A stretch of 64,000 bases of DNA from Eledone cirrhosa (GCA_964016885.1 OZ024745.1:128836001-128900000); one strand, 5' to 3'. Positions 11,971-26,470 are shown, counted from the first letter of the stretch. Numbers and translations are program-made. The notes: a model not told the origin generated them from the letters alone.

Positions 11971-14934
11971 TACTGTTATAACTTAATCCGTTTGTTCTTT
12001 CTGGCGTTTCGATGTTTCCTTTAAAACAAAACACAATGATAATAATAATAACAACAACAACAAATGGGATGGTTAATGGAATATTTAACAGCCGACCCGA
12101 GGGAGTGGGGATAGGGTGGGCCGAATGACATCCGAATACGTCTGAATACGGGGTGGTTTCCGTAGTTAATGTTGTTTTTTGTGTATATGTTGTTTAAGCC
12201 CCAAAGGTCAGTCATGATCAACAGTCATTCATTCATAGGTAAAATTGAAAAGAAGCCATCATATATATATGAATTGTCTCCCTTGTTTGCTCTCTTTTGG
12301 ATATGCCTGAAGGGAGTTTCTGTCCCTATATTGTGAGAATTTCAGCTGATGGAAAATATCCACTCACTATATTTAGTATGTGAGACTCAACATTACAAAC
12401 ACTCAATGTTCCCTTCAGGTATTTCTCTCTTAATGTTGACATATGGAAGGGTCCCGGAACTCCTGATGGAGTCGTAATGGCGCTGTATTGACATACACCG
12501 TTTTTTGTGCATTTTAAGACTGGCAAAATTAGAAAGAATTATTATTAGTTTATGAGAGAAAAGTAGATGTGTTGCTAGCTACTCAGAAAATTGACAGAGG
12601 CTTTGATGTAATGTAGGACAAAGAACTTTGTAGTATTTGCTCTGGTTTTGTAACTTGAGTTCCAATCTTTGCCATTAATCATTTTATGGTTGATAGAGTA
12701 AAATATAAGTTCTGGACATTGGAATCGTTAGAGAATCGGATATCTTGAAGCTTAGTGGTATTTGCCCCACCACCCAGATTAACTGCATCACCTTGTCATT
12801 AGAGGTCTTTATTTGTGTTCATTCTGTTACAAGTATTTGGGCTAGATCTTGTTATTCCATGTTTGCATAGGTTGGACTATATATAAGAGAGAGAGAGAGA
12901 GAGAGTTAGTTCCATTACAAATTAGCAAACCATAGTCGAGGGGATCATTTGGTGAAACACATCCTCAAGTATGGTTTGTTAATTTGTTATGGAACTAATT
13001 CTTTACTGAACTCCTCCTATGGACTGAGTGTTCTACTTACTATGGATATAACCTCCCATATTTTTTTTTTTTCTTTTTACTGCTATATATATATATATAT
13101 ATCCCTGTATCTTTCTACATCTTGATGAAATCTAGACAGACAGACAACACTTTGCCATCTGTGTAGTACAATGGATAATGCTTTTGAGTAATAGATAAAG
13201 CGTTTGAATCTTATTAAATAATCACACACACACACACACACGTACACACACGTGTGTGTGTGTAAAGCAACATAAGGGTATCCAGCCTTGAAACTTTCAC
13301 ACACTTAAACATCTTAGTAGCAGCCCCATTGGAGCCTTTGACAGGGGAGTGAAAAAAAAAGAAGAAAATTTAGCTTCTGCGGGGTGGGGTATATGTGATA
13401 AGGGCCTATAAAACAACATTAGGGCTCCCAACTATGCATAGTTGGCCATGGGTGAATGTTCTGGAACACTGAGGGGAATCTGGCTTAATGTCATCAGAGA
13501 GAGAAAAAGTAAAACAGAGATAGTGTGTGTAAATATGTACACAGAATGCAGAACTCCAGACACACAGATAAATGGACCGATAAATGCACAGATGGATTAA
13601 CACACATACATACACATTCACGCACATACACATGCATACGCATATACACACACGTGTGTATGTGTGTGCGTATATATATATATATATATAGATAGATAGA
13701 TAGTAAGGCAATGTTAGTAGACAGTTATAGAATAACAAATAGGTATATGATGATGATGATGATGATGATGATAGTCAGTAACGTGGCTTCTTATTTTAGT
13801 ACATAAACATAACTTATTTTTCCATGACTTTTAGGTTTCATGCTAAATAAAACATTCTTCAGATGGATGTGATTTCAGTAAAGGTTTTCAACCTACTCAT
13901 GGTATTTATATTTGTTTGTGAAATCATTAAAAAAATTATCATTTTACATTTACTTTTCGATGCTTGTATGAGTTGGTGAGGCTTTAATGAAGCTGTATTC
14001 TATGGTTGGATACCCTTACTGTTTGCCAAACCTTGTATTATTAAAGTATTGATTTTTTCACTGCTGATCATTATCATCACTGTTTAATGTCTATTTACCA
14101 AACATGCATGGGTAAAGACCAGTTTGAGGCTAGACCAGTTTGGTGGCCATGTGCTCATACTCATGTTCCCTTTTGCAAGATGAGCTGGGTGCTTTTTATC
14201 AAAGCACCAACACTACCTGTGATGGATTGGCATCCTGTCCAGGTAGGAGTCTGGTATTCTCAGTTTCTTCACACCACAAAACCGTGATAGGCACCTGGCT
14301 TGCGACAGTCTTTAGACTTAGACTTAGACACTTGGTCTAATGCTTCCTCATTTCAAAACTAGAGTAGTTGTGTTCTTCTCTGATCTGCTGAGAATATTGT
14401 TTATGCAAGAATTATGTATGTATGTATGTGTGTAATTATATATCATCATCATCATCACTGTTTTATGTCCATTCTGTCATGCTAGCATGGGTTAGACCAG
14501 TTATCCTATTGTGGGCAGTGCTAGGAGGTCAGGTGACCATGTTTTGCTCATATATCACATGTCCATTGGCTCTGGACTCCTGATAAGAGTCGTAAGGCAT
14601 TTTAAACCTGGCGGGGCCCAGCTCTCACTAAGTCTAGACATAGAGGAAGAGTCAGCCTGAGTACTGGACCGGTACTTTGTCTTCAGAAGGATGAATGGCA
14701 AAGTTAACATCAGTAGGATTTGAAACCAGAATAAATGCCTTAAAGCATTCTATCCAATGTTTTAACAACTCTGCCAAATTTGCCGCCACATATGTGAATT
14801 CACATGTATGTGTGTGTGTGTCTTTACATATGCACTCATATGTGAATAGGTGTATGTATGTATGGATATTCATGGACAAAACAACTCTTTCTTACAAGTA
14901 TACATCTGCACATAATGCACATATTTAAATATAT

Positions 14935-14983
<49 letters not shown>

Positions 14984-15048
14984 AACTTGTATGCAGTACA
15001 TATGTACATGAATAGTAGTATGTATGTAAAAATCCCCTCCTCTCTCTT

Positions 15049-15105
<57 letters not shown>

Positions 15106-15684
15106 TTATTATAAAGATAAACTCCCTTGTTCTTGTTGTAATTATCATTTAATAAGTATTATTTTGGCAAAACACCAAAGTATTATTATCATCATCATCA
15201 TCATAGCTACCTTCATTATCACCATTGTTATTTTTTATTCTTTCTTTATAAAATCGTTGTTGTTGTTGTTGTCATTGATAACTTTGTTGTTGTCATTGAT
15301 ATCTTTGTTGTTGTTCTGAGATCCTTTTCAAATTTGAAATCTCCATTATGTACAATTTTGTGTATGTATATATGTATATATATATGTGTGTATATATGTG
15401 TATATGGTGCAATTTTCCTGTCACCTATATTGTTACTCAACTTTGTGTGGACATAGGCAACACCCAACATTTGAAATAATAACAATAATAATAATGCCAA
15501 TAATGATAATGCCAATAATGATGATGATTGCAATGATAATATATTTTCCATAAGCCATTTAAATATTATTTCTATTGTATGGATAGGTGGGCGAGGAGTT
15601 CATTTGTCTAATGTATGTATGTATGTCTGTGTGTTTATTTTTCTTCTTGATCTTGCTCACTCATCTCTCTCTCTCATCTCTCTC

Positions 15685-15739
<55 letters not shown>

Positions 15740-15881
15740 GCATTTTGTAAACCCCCCCCCCCCCCCCCACCACCACCATCTCTACTTTGTTAATCATTTT
15801 TCTTCCTTTCTTTTGTCATTTCTCTTGGTTCTTTTAAATAAACATTGTGGAATAATCCTAAGCATCTCTAGAAAGAACAGA

Positions 15882-16275
15882 CACCACCATAAACAACATT
15901 GTCACCACCACCACCACATAAACAACATTGTCACCACCACTATAAACATTGTCACCACCATCACCACTATAAACAACATTGTCACCTCCATCACCACCAC
16001 CATATAAACAACATTGTCACCTCCACCACCACATAAACAACATTGTCACCTCCACCACCACATAAACAACATTGTCACCTCCACCACCACCATAAACAAC
16101 ATTGTCACCTCCACCACCACCATAAACAACAAGATTGTCACCTCCACCACCACCATAAACAACAACATTGTCACCTCCACCACCACCATAAACAACAACA
16201 TTGTCACCTCCACCACCACCATAAACAACAACATTGTCACCTCCACCAACAACATTGTCACCTCCGCCACCAACA
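15882..16275 (+). repeat. About 27-33-bp minisatellite (ATAAACAACATTGTCACCTCCACCACCACC)
   Basis: About 13 recurrences of the ATTGTCACC core. Confidence 0.9.
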
Positions 16276-17377
16276 TAGCCATAAGCAATGCTATTATCAT
16301 CAGCAGAAACATTAGCAACATTATCGCCACCATCTTCATCACCATGGCAACCATTATCTCCACCACAGCCATAAACAACACTATTATCATCAGTGCAAAC
16401 ATTAGCAACACCACCACCACCACCACTGTTTAACGTCTATTTTTCCATGCTTGCATGGGTTAGACGGATTGCCCATTGCAATATTGGGCTATTTATTTCA
16501 CTTTGCTGGCAAAAGTGCCTGGTACCTAATTCAAAGGAACACCACTCTTGTCATGCTGAATCTCCCTGAGAACTAGGTTATGGGTAGACATGTTGATTGA
16601 ATTAACTGAAACACTCATTGGAACCAACTGAAGTCTAACACATGTATGTATAAATGTGTGTGTCTGTATATAAATATGTATGTGTGTATATAAATGTGTA
16701 TGTGTTTATAAATCTGTGTGTATATAAATGTGTGTGTGTATATAAATGTGTTTGTGTGTATAAATGTATAAATGTGTATATGTGTGTGTGTATGTATGTT
16801 TGTGCAATAGTATGTGGCACGGGACTTTAAATTCTATGTTTTTTTTGTTTTTTTTAAGCAGCCTCGCCATAACTATTTACACTCCATGTTATTTCATTCA
16901 ATTGACAACAACAACAGCAACAACAATAAATATGACAGCAAAGTGGGTGGATATTACAAGTTTTAACAAATACATTTGCTCTCAAGGTACAACTTTTATA
17001 TAATGAATTCTGGAAGTCTAAATATAATGAATTCTGGAAGTCTAAATATAACAGTAAACTTTACAAAACAAAACATGTCTATTTTTAAAATAGACACTTC
17101 ATGATTCTATATAAATTTATTTTAATATAGTTCTTACACATGCTCACAATGCACACTATTACAGAATACTTCACATATATATATGGCAGTGCCCCAGCAT
17201 GGCTTCAATTTGAACTCAGAATGCTAAGAGTTGGAATAAACCCTTCTAAAACTTCTTATCTGATTCTTTGGGACTGTTACATTGATTTATTGGCCTTGGT
17301 GGGATTTGGAAGGAATACCACAAGTATTTTCTCCCATGCTCTGACTCTGACCCTTCTAATCCACCCCATCTCTGTGC

Positions 17378-17665
17378 ACTCTCGGGTCCCAAATAATAGG
17401 AGGGGGGTTGGAAAATGGGTAATTTTTCGAGGTTGTCTTTGTTGATTTAAAAAAAAAACAAAAACAGAATTTGTTATTTCGTTTATATATTGAGACCCCA
17501 ACCCATCCTATTTTATAACATATGGGATTTTTAGTAATGTACTTTTTTGTCATGTAAGGTTGTTTGTTGATTTTTAAATAAAACCCAGAATTAGTAATTT
17601 AGTTTACATATTTAAAAAATTAATAAGCGGTCAGGAGGGGGGACTATTATTTGAGACTCGAGAGT
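17378..17665. mobile_element. MITE with about 22-bp TIRs
   Basis: ACTCTCGGGTCCCAAATAATAG ... CTATTATTTGAGACTCGAGAGT. Confidence 0.7.
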
Positions 17666-17680
17666 ATATATAGACATTAT

Positions 17681-18030
17681 GGAGGCACATGGCTTAGTGG
17701 TTAGAGCATTGGCCTTGCAATCGAAAGGTTGTGAGTTCAATTCTCAGACCGGGTGATGTGTTATTTCCTTGAACAAGATACTTTATTTCACATTGCTCCA
17801 GTTTACTCAGCTGTAGAAATGAGATGATAGGGACTGGGGTCCATATCATTCCACTGCAAAGTGGTCGTGGAGGTGCCACGGCAAAAAAGCACCCAGCCCA
17901 CACTGTAAATGAGGTTGGTGTTAGGAAGGGCATCCAGCTGCAGAAATCAAGCCAGAATCAGTTCCCGTCCCATCCTTGCAAGCAGGGAAAAGCGGACGTA
18001 AAATGATGATGATTATGATGATGATGATGA
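17681..18030 (+). mobile_element. tRNA-derived CORE-like SINE, family B, full length
   Basis: tRNA-like head (TGGCTTAGTGGTTAG A-box, GAGTTCAATTC B-box), CORE/MIR-like TTCCTTGAACAAGATACTT...CCAGTTTACTCAGCTGTAGAAATG, 3' GGAAGGGCATCCAGC...GGACGTAAAA(TGA)n tail. Confidence 0.9.
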
Positions 18031-19033
18031 TTACATGTATAGTAGGGATTGTTTTAATTGTCGAATGTTATATCAGCTTAGACTATTATTGTTTCAAATA
18101 ACAACAAAAGTCTTTACATCAACTTATCTTACAGGCTATATTTTCTTGGTAGAAGTAAAACATTTCATTTCTATTTATCTATTTCTTTACCTTTTTTTTT
18201 TCTCCTTTTACAAGTTTACAAGAGAAAGAAAAGTTTCAAACTAAATCCCCACCACAATGCTTGGTTCTGTGTGTATGTGTGAGCGTGTTTCTGTGTGTGT
18301 ACATGTTTGTTTCTGTCTGTGTGTGTGTGTAGTATAGGTGAATCTAATGGAACTATGCAGGAATGACTATGACTAATTGTGAGTCAATGTAGCCTCCCAT
18401 CACTAACAGCTCTCCTGGCCTCTGTTATTTAATAGAATTACAGGAATGATCTGACTTAAAAGAGGACACCTCTCACCTTTCCCTCTCTCCCTCCTTCCCC
18501 CCCCTCCCTCCATCTCCCTCCCTCCCTCCTTCTCTGTTCTCTCTTCTCTTCTGACCTCTTCTTCCCCCATCTCCCCCCTCTCACACACCTCCCCCCTCCC
18601 TCTCTCTCACACCTCCCCCTCCCCCTCTCTCACACCTTTCCTCTCTCTCACACCTTTCCTCTCTCACATACTCAAAATAATACTTCTTAAAATACTCATC
18701 ATACTAGCTTGATTATGACAGTGTGTGTGTATATCTCTCTCTCTCTATATATATATAGAGAGAGAGAGGTAGATAAATATATATATATACAATTTTTTGA
18801 CCATTTTCCCTGCTAACATGTGTGTGTTTAATGTATACTCTCTACATATACATGCAGACAACCTATAATATATCATTGACTTATTTATTGGAGGTGACAA
18901 GTTGTGTTTACTTTCACTAGCCACATTGATTCTTAGTTTTTAGTCTGTCCTGATTTCGGACCTATGAGCAAAGCTCCCCACCTCCGTCCCATCTAAAACG
19001 ATTTTGTTATCTTGGACCATTATTTTAAAAAAA

Positions 19034-19245
19034 CCTTTTAGCATTTAAACCGGCCATATCCAGCCAGAATTCTCTCACCTCTGTCTGTTCAAACCTGCTG
19101 TAAGTGGCTCCTCATACTTATGTTAAGGTATTGTTCTCAAAATAAATAACATCAAAATCTTGTAGATTCGATATTATGTGAGATAAGTTTTTACTATGAA
19201 AATACAATAATATATATAGAGTAATGGTAAATGTTAAAGGGTTAA
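19034..19245 (-). mobile_element. piggyBac-like TTAA MITE, family P1
   Basis: CCTTTTAGCATT ... AATGTTAAAGGG-TTAA; interior matches the copies at 34355, 38058, 38368, 38573 and 59361. Confidence 0.8.
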
Positions 19246-21089
19246 TATATTGTAGATCGTAGGGTGTAATTTCGAGGAGGTTTGGCTGCTATTACTAATA
19301 AATTGAGTCTCCATGAAGAAATTTCACATACTGTTCAATAAAATATTTTGGTTGAGCTAGATTACCATTGTACTTCTATGTCTATATTGATTACAAATGA
19401 AAAAAACAAACAAACAAAAAATACAAAAAAAAATGTTCTGAAAAACATAAGGAAAAAAAAAAAAAACTTATATCCAGTAAAATGAATTTTCGCACACCGA
19501 CACAGTCACTCACTGGCTTATATATAGATAGGTGCAGGATGTGTCTACTGTTCTATGGAATGAAGATAGCTTTAAGAATATAGGTGAGGTAATATAACTG
19601 AAATAGGGGTGGGGGCGTTAAATCCAGGTTGCATTGAAAGTATTAAATTAGATATTCGATGGAATGAATAGAGCTGTAGAGGAAATACTTTCACCAATGT
19701 CTTTAAATAGTTCTGCATGCTACCATCATCATCATCAACATCATTACCACCACAGTTATCATTATTGACCTGATTTAACTGGGTCAGTGTTTAAACAGAT
19801 ACATGTTGAATGTGTATGTGTTTGGCTACACACATACACTTTATATATATATATATAGAGAGAGATATGTGTGTATATATATATGTGTGTGTATATATAT
19901 ATATGTGTGTGTGTGTGTAAAATAAGAACCAAAAAACTTTGTATTTTACAATTGAAAATGGAAAGTTCATTTCTGTGACCTACTTTTGACTCCTAGAACT
20001 CCCACTTCTCCCTAACTTGTATTGATATTTACATTAGAATTGTCAAGAGTATTTTTAATCTCTCTCACTCTCACTCTCACACTCTCACTCTCTCACTCTC
20101 ACCCTCTCACTCTCACCCTCTCACTCTCACACTCTCACCCTCTCACTCTCACCCTCTCACTCTCTCACCCTCTCACACTCTCACTCTCACCCTCTCACAC
20201 TCTCACCCTCTCACCCTCTCACTCTCTCACCCTCTCCCTCTCTCCCTCTCACTCTCTCCCACTCCCTCTCACCCTCTCTCCCTCTCCCACTCCCTATCAC
20301 CCTCTCTCCCTATCACCCTCTCCCTATCACACTCTCACAAAATAAAGTACCAGTAATCTATTGGTATATTTGCTGGCCTTGTGCCAAAAGTAGAAACAAT
20401 TATTATCTTAGTAAAGAAATAATTAATAATTTTAGTAAATCCTTCAACATTCTTCATTTATTAATTAGAATAGTATATTTCATTAGAAATGTGGCCATAA
20501 AAGGGTTAAGGCAACATTTCCCTCTCTTTCTCTTTCTCTCTATCAAACACTCTTCATATGTTGCTAACTTGTACATTATTCATTACACTTCCTTGCATCT
20601 CATAAACCTTATTTATTCTGTCAGTTATCAAATAGAGCAGAAAGATCATTGCATTTCATTTCAGACACAATCCATAGAACTACATCATCCAATTGCTCTG
20701 GCTGTTTTTAGTGATTGTAGCTTGTAGATTTGGGCAGATTTGTCTGCTATTTTTAATGGACCAAGCAGCTATTCAGAGGGGCTCCCTCATTAGTTTGTAT
20801 AAGTACAAATGATATCCTATGATCAGTTCATTTAATTTATATATCTTTCATACAAAAAAATGTGTGACTTAGTTTCCAAGATTAGAAATCAGTATTAACT
20901 GCAGTGTTTAATAACCACGGTTTTGTACTATTTAATCAACTAGACACAACTTTATCTTTCACCCCTTTGTAGATCAGTTAAAGTACCAGTAATATATTAA
21001 ATTTGATTCATATGATTTTGTACTGATCACATGCTATATCTCAGGGTCTTTGTAAACACAGGCATGCTGGGATGGACTGGACTAGTTAA

Positions 21090-21420
21090 AAAGTTCACTT
21101 CACTGTCATGAGATTCTGGGGGTTGATTCCATCCTATTACATCTTGGGCACGTGTCTTTTATCATAGTCTTCAGATGACCCCCAAAACCCTCTGAATGAA
21201 ATGTAGGTAGACAGAAACTGTGTGGAAGCCTGTCAAATGGATTATACCTGTAATTCAATGGTCCAGCCTTGTTATATTATATTATGCTGATTCAGCATGT
21301 TCGGGGTACACATTGCTGTGAAATACTCAACTATTTACACACTAATTCAATGAGGAAATAGTTCAGTTGACCAAACAACTACATACTCACCAGTGAAACC
21401 ACTGGAGTATCTATCATGTA
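21090..21420 (+). mobile_element. Old, diverged SINE-like element
   Basis: GGTTGATTCC B-box-like motif, ATCTTGGGCACGTGTCTT CORE-like motif; 3' part resembles 16520-16620. Confidence 0.45.
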
Positions 21421-22184
21421 TGTTGTGTTCCAACACTTAATTCCTCCTAAAACACCCTAATTCACATTTTTTCCCTACCTCTACTCTTCATAATTTCATG
21501 AGAAATTATGCTTTATGTGTCTCTTCCTTCCCCTTTCCTTCATATTTTCTTTTTGCTGTTTGTTAAGCCCTACTGGCTTAGCCCTGAGCTAACAGAAGAC
21601 CCTATGATCAAAGACATTCCAGCTGTCACCATTACACATTTTTCCCCCCTCAGAAATAGCATGTCTCGCTTTACATTTTTTCTCCATTTATATCTTTACG
21701 GATCATGTTTGGCTACCATTTCTAATAGGTTGAGTGACCATGTTGTGTTCCACTCTTACTGGTTGGCTCAGCTGGTAGAACTTGACTCTTGTTGTTTGCT
21801 ATTTATGTTCAGTTTATAGATTAATCACTGATGTTGCTGCAGTTGTTTGAAGTGTTCTTGTTGTTGATGATGTTAATACTGTTGTAATGATGTTGAACTA
21901 AGGTTAACAATGTCATGATAGATGCTGCTTGTGGTTGATGTAATGTCTATGCTTCTGCTGCTGCTGTTGTTGTTTAGCCCGTGGTATAACTCTAACTCAA
22001 TAGACCTCTCACCAAATACATTAGATATGGCCATCCATTTTTATTTAAGATTGTAGGGAAAATCTGCCAGCTATTTCTAACAAGTCAAGCAATCATGTAG
22101 AGGCTCTTCTCAGTTGATATCACCATCACCTTCACCACCACCACCACCACCACCACCATCACCACGACCACCACCACCACCATC

Positions 22185-22720
22185 ATTTAAAATCTATTTT
22201 CCACACTAGCATCGGTTAGACGAGTTATCCTGTTGTGAGACAAGCCAGGTCAGATGACCATGTCTTGCTCATACAGAACAGATTTTGACTTGGTTTCTAC
22301 GGCTGGATACCCTTCCTAACACCAAGCACATTTACAGTGTGTACTGGGTGTTTTTTGTTGTGACACCTACATGACCACCTTACAGTGTGTACTGGGTGTT
22401 TTTTGTTGTGACACCTACATGACCACCTTACAGTGTGTACTGGGTGTTTTTTGTTGTGGCACCTACATGACCACCTTACAGTGTGTACTGGGTGTTTTTT
22501 GTTGTGACACCTGCATGACCACCTTACAGTGTGTACTGGGTGTTTTTTGTTGTGGCACCTACATGACCACCTTACAGTGTGTACTGGGTGTTTTTTGTTG
22601 TGGCACCTACATGACCACCTTACAGTGTGTACTGGGTGTTTTTTGTTGTAGCACCTACATGACCACCTTACAGTGTGAAAAACTGGATGCCTTCTGTTGT
22701 GGCACTGCAATGACCACATT
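22185..22720 (-). mobile_element. SINE family B 3' half with an internal 48-bp segment tandemly amplified about 8x
   Basis: CGGCTGGATACCCTTCCTAACACC followed by (TACAGTGTGTACTGGGTGTTTTTTGTTGTGRCACCTACATGACCACCT)n over about 22333-22718. Confidence 0.9.
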
Positions 22721-22964
22721 TATGGTGGTATTGTTGCTGTTGTGATAGTGATGGGGTGCATATCACTCTAGCTTGTAATGGTGATGTAGTTGTGCTGGGA
22801 TGATTAAAATGGTTGTTGTGATGATTGGTAATGTCTCATTTGGTTGTTGTAATTGTTCTAGTTTAAGATGCTCTTATTGTAGTGTTGTGATGCTGATGAT
22901 CTTGTTGTCATGCTTATTGTAGTGTTGTGATGATCGATAATGACTTGTTTGGTTGATGCTGCTG

Positions 22965-23190
22965 TTGTTATTGTTGTATTTGATGTGGTTGTGATGTTTA
23001 TGTCAGTGGTTGTTGATGTTGTTATTGTTGTATTTGATGTGGTTGTGATGTTTATGTCAGTGGTTGTTGATGTTGTTATTGTTGTATTTGATGTGGTTGT
23101 GATGTTTATGTCAGTGGTGGTTGTTGTTGTTATATTTGGTGTAGTTGTGATGTTTATGTCAGTTGTTGTTGTTGTTGTTATTGTATTTGA
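22965..23190 (+). repeat. 57-bp minisatellite, about 4 copies (GTT/GAT-rich)
   Basis: GTTGTGATGTTTATGTCAG recurs four times. Confidence 0.9.
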
Positions 23191-24539
23191 TGGTGGTCTT
23201 GCCTGAGAAGCAGCAATGTATGTCTGACTAACATTTTTACGTAATTAGTTCGATTCATACCAAGGCATTCTTACAACACATTCCTCTCTTTTCTTTCTTT
23301 TTTCAAGGTCCCTTTATATATATTTTCTTGGTTCTTTTCGTTTTCTTCCCCATCTCCCTCCTCTCCTTTACCCTAGTGGAATGAGGGTTTTTCTTTTTTC
23401 CTTCAACTTCTCTCATCATTATCATCCTCGTCATACTGGGGTGTCTGGTCTCGGTTCTCTGCCAGCTGTCCCTTTAAGCAATTTGTAAAGCAATTCCTAA
23501 GCTGTAGATCCTTCTTTTGCTGTATATCTACCAGTATTTTTGCTTTCAGCTTACCTAGCAATGGTGGTAGTATTTATAGCTGCATATGGCCTAGAGCAGC
23601 AACTGTAGTAGTAATGGTAGTAGTAATGGTAGTGGTATTGGCAGTGGTGGTGAGGGTAGTGGCAATGATGGAGATTTTGTTGATCAATAGAGTATCAATA
23701 GTAGTCATTCTTTAGTGAGAGACTATATAGATATATATATCATCATCATCATTTAACGTCTGCTTTTCCCTGCTTGGTAGTGGTGTTGGCAGGAGCCAGG
23801 GGGGGGGGGGGGGTCTTGTGTGGTTTTTGCTCATTGGAATTGGTAGAGATTGCATTGTGACTTAAAAACATTCAGCTGCAATTTAAGAAGAAACTGTCCA
23901 TGAAGAAATTGCTATGACATACCCCCCCCCCCCCCACACACACACACAAAGAATGCTGCTCAGGCTAATCTAACCGACCCTTTATTTGGGTGACATGACA
24001 TTGCTGGAATAAATAGCTAGCTGACCCTGTGGGAATTCCACTCTTTAATTAGAAACAAACCAGCAAATATTAAAGATCAATATGACATTTTAAATGTTTT
24101 ATTTATAAGTTAAATATATACACAAATAGATTATACAGTGCTTAATTGCATATGGAATATTTTACTCACTTCCCTCTCTCTCTCTCCTCTCTCTCTCCTC
24201 TCTCTCCCCTATCTCTCTCTCTCTCTCGCCTCTCTCTCTCTCTCTTCCTCTCTCTCTCTCCTCTCTTTCTTTCCCTCTCCATCTCGCTATCTATCTTACA
24301 CAAACATACACATACAAATTATCCCCATTCCATAAACACTTGTTACAACATGGCAGACTTTTTTTATATAATAAGTAGATGGTTTCTCAACTTTGCCACA
24401 AGGAGCCTGTAGGTTAAATTATATCTATTACATGGAACCCCCCCCCCCCCATAGGAAGCAAAGTTGATTTCAAACTACAACTTGCAGGGTTGCAGTTTTA
24501 ACTCAGAATTTAAAACGTGTATGAAGGTGATGGTGATAA

Positions 24540-24705
24540 TAATTGTTTCTACTTTTGGCACAAGGCCAGCAATAACCCCAGTGCATTACTGGTACCTTAT
24601 TTTATCGACCCTGCAAGGACGAAAGGCAAAGTTAACCTCAGTTAACTCGGAACGCAAAGGGCCGTAACTCTGTGCTGCAAAGCATGGCGTTCGACTCTCT
24701 ACCAA
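24540..24705 (-). mobile_element. SINE family A
   Basis: Reverse complement of the family A tail, body and head. Confidence 0.85.
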
Positions 24706-24725
24706 TAGGTCTTTGTTGTTTAAAG

Positions 24726-24901
24726 CAGGCATGTCAAACATGCGGCCCTTTACAAGCACACATGCGGCCCGCTCAAAGGTTTTTACAGTGCCCGCATGTT
24801 TTATCTTCGTAATAAAAAAATCTTTTTTTTTTAAATTGCTGTAATGTGCGCAACTAGTTGTCGTGTGTAGCCCTCTGGGGACCCTCAGTTTGACATGCCT
24901 G
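24726..24901. mobile_element. hAT (Charlie-like) MITE
   Basis: Perfect 14-bp TIRs CAGGCATGTCAAAC / GTTTGACATGCCTG with subterminal GCGGCCC repeats; an 8-bp TSD is not evident. Confidence 0.75.
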
Positions 24902-25415
24902 TATTACATGACCTTTTTTTCTTCTTAATGATATTCTCTTACAGGATAGGAGGCAAAGCAAAGTTGATTTCACACTACAACTTGCAGGGTGGAGTTTTAA
25001 CTCAAAATTTAAAACATGTGTTTGAAGGTGATGAATGATAATAGTGCAGGCCTTGTAGTCTTTGCAGTTATATGTTGTTTAAGGCAATATGAGACGTTAA
25101 TGACGATAGCAAAATATATTATTTTAAAACGAGACATTTTCTTTCTTGTTTAGGCTTTAATATAAATAAATATGTCTCTTGATATTACATCAACAGATGA
25201 TAATAATGGTGTCTTTCTACCACACCACGTCTGTATTTGTTTGCATATCTTGACTTCTTCCTCTATATGTTCATCACATCCTGGTCACCCATCCCCCTTC
25301 ACAATGGTGGTGATGATATTGTAGTGATGGGTCACATCCAGGTCGCCTAACCCCCTTGACAATCGTGGTGGTGGTGTAGTAGTGATGAGTGGAAGGGGCA
25401 AAGATTGTTCCAGTT

Positions 25416-25723
25416 CTCTTTCATGACTGCATTTCTAATGAAATGCACTCTATTTTAATTAATTAATGAAGAATTTCGATGGATTTACTAAAATTATCAA
25501 TTATTTCATTATTAAGATAGCTAGCAACTTAATGTAAGGTTCTTATATAAGATTGTTGGAATTTAAATGGGAACCCTTTAAAATGGGTGGTTTTATTTCA
25601 TAGAACAAGCCCGGGTTTTGGCCTGGCTGGTAACTAAAGGGTTAAATAGGAACCCTTTAAAATGGGTGGTTTTATTTCATAGAACCAGGCCTGGTTTTGT
25701 CTAGGTTGGTAACTAAAGGGTTA
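25416..25723 (+). mobile_element. piggyBac-like TTAA MITE, family P2, with duplicated right end
   Basis: CTCTTTCATGACTGCATTTCTAATGAAA ... GGTAACTAAAGGGTTAA; last ~75 bp duplicated; reverse-oriented relatives at 20405-20508, 36805-36920 and 60455-60657, same orientation at 59101. Confidence 0.7.
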
Positions 25724-26224
25724 GGGCAAACGTTATGAAATGTGTCCTTCCCTCTTGCGGCATAGCAAGTACTTTATTATCTGAGCTCAAACCTCATCAT
25801 GATCAACTTTACATTTCATCCCTTTGCTATTGATACAATAAAGTACCAGTCATGTACTGGATCCTTATAATCAATTGTCTCCCCCCCCCCCCCCGCCCCT
25901 CTCAATATTCTGTCTTGTGTGTGTTAGAAATTATATTGTCTGTCTTTTTCCTTTTTTATCTGTTTGCCACCCACCCTACCCCATCTCCTCCCTTCTCTCT
26001 CTCCCCCATCTCCTCCCTTCTCTCTCTCTCTCCATCTCCCCATCTCCTCCCTTCTCTCTCTCTCTCCATCTCCCCATCTTCTCGCTCTCCCCACCTCTCT
26101 CTCCCCCATCTCCCCATCTCCTCCCTTCTCTCTCTCCCCCATCTCCCCCCCCCATCACCATGTGATATTTGCTTGAAAAGTCAATTTATCTATCAAATCC
26201 ATATTTTTGAATTTCACATCCAGG

Positions 26225-26318
<94 letters not shown>

Positions 26319-26470
26319 GTTTAACGTCTATCTTCCATGCGAGCCTGTGTGTGTGTGTGTGTGTATACTTTTAATAATAATTATAATAGAGTAACAATAT
26401 AAATAGTAAAAAAAAAAGTATTGTAAGATCTCAAAATAAAAGAAAATCTTTCATCATTATCAGCAAAGTT

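Noticed and set aside
12240-12530. Unique, exon-looking sequence
   Set aside because: Only short ORFs with no recognisable product or consistent splice frame
17681-17755. tRNA-like sequence (also at 30792, 37210 and 55800)
   Set aside because: It continues into a CORE-like SINE body in every copy, so it is a SINE head and not a tRNA gene
22333-22718. Regular 48-bp array resembling CRISPR or a repeat protein
   Set aside because: No unique spacers; it is an amplified SINE segment in eukaryotic DNA
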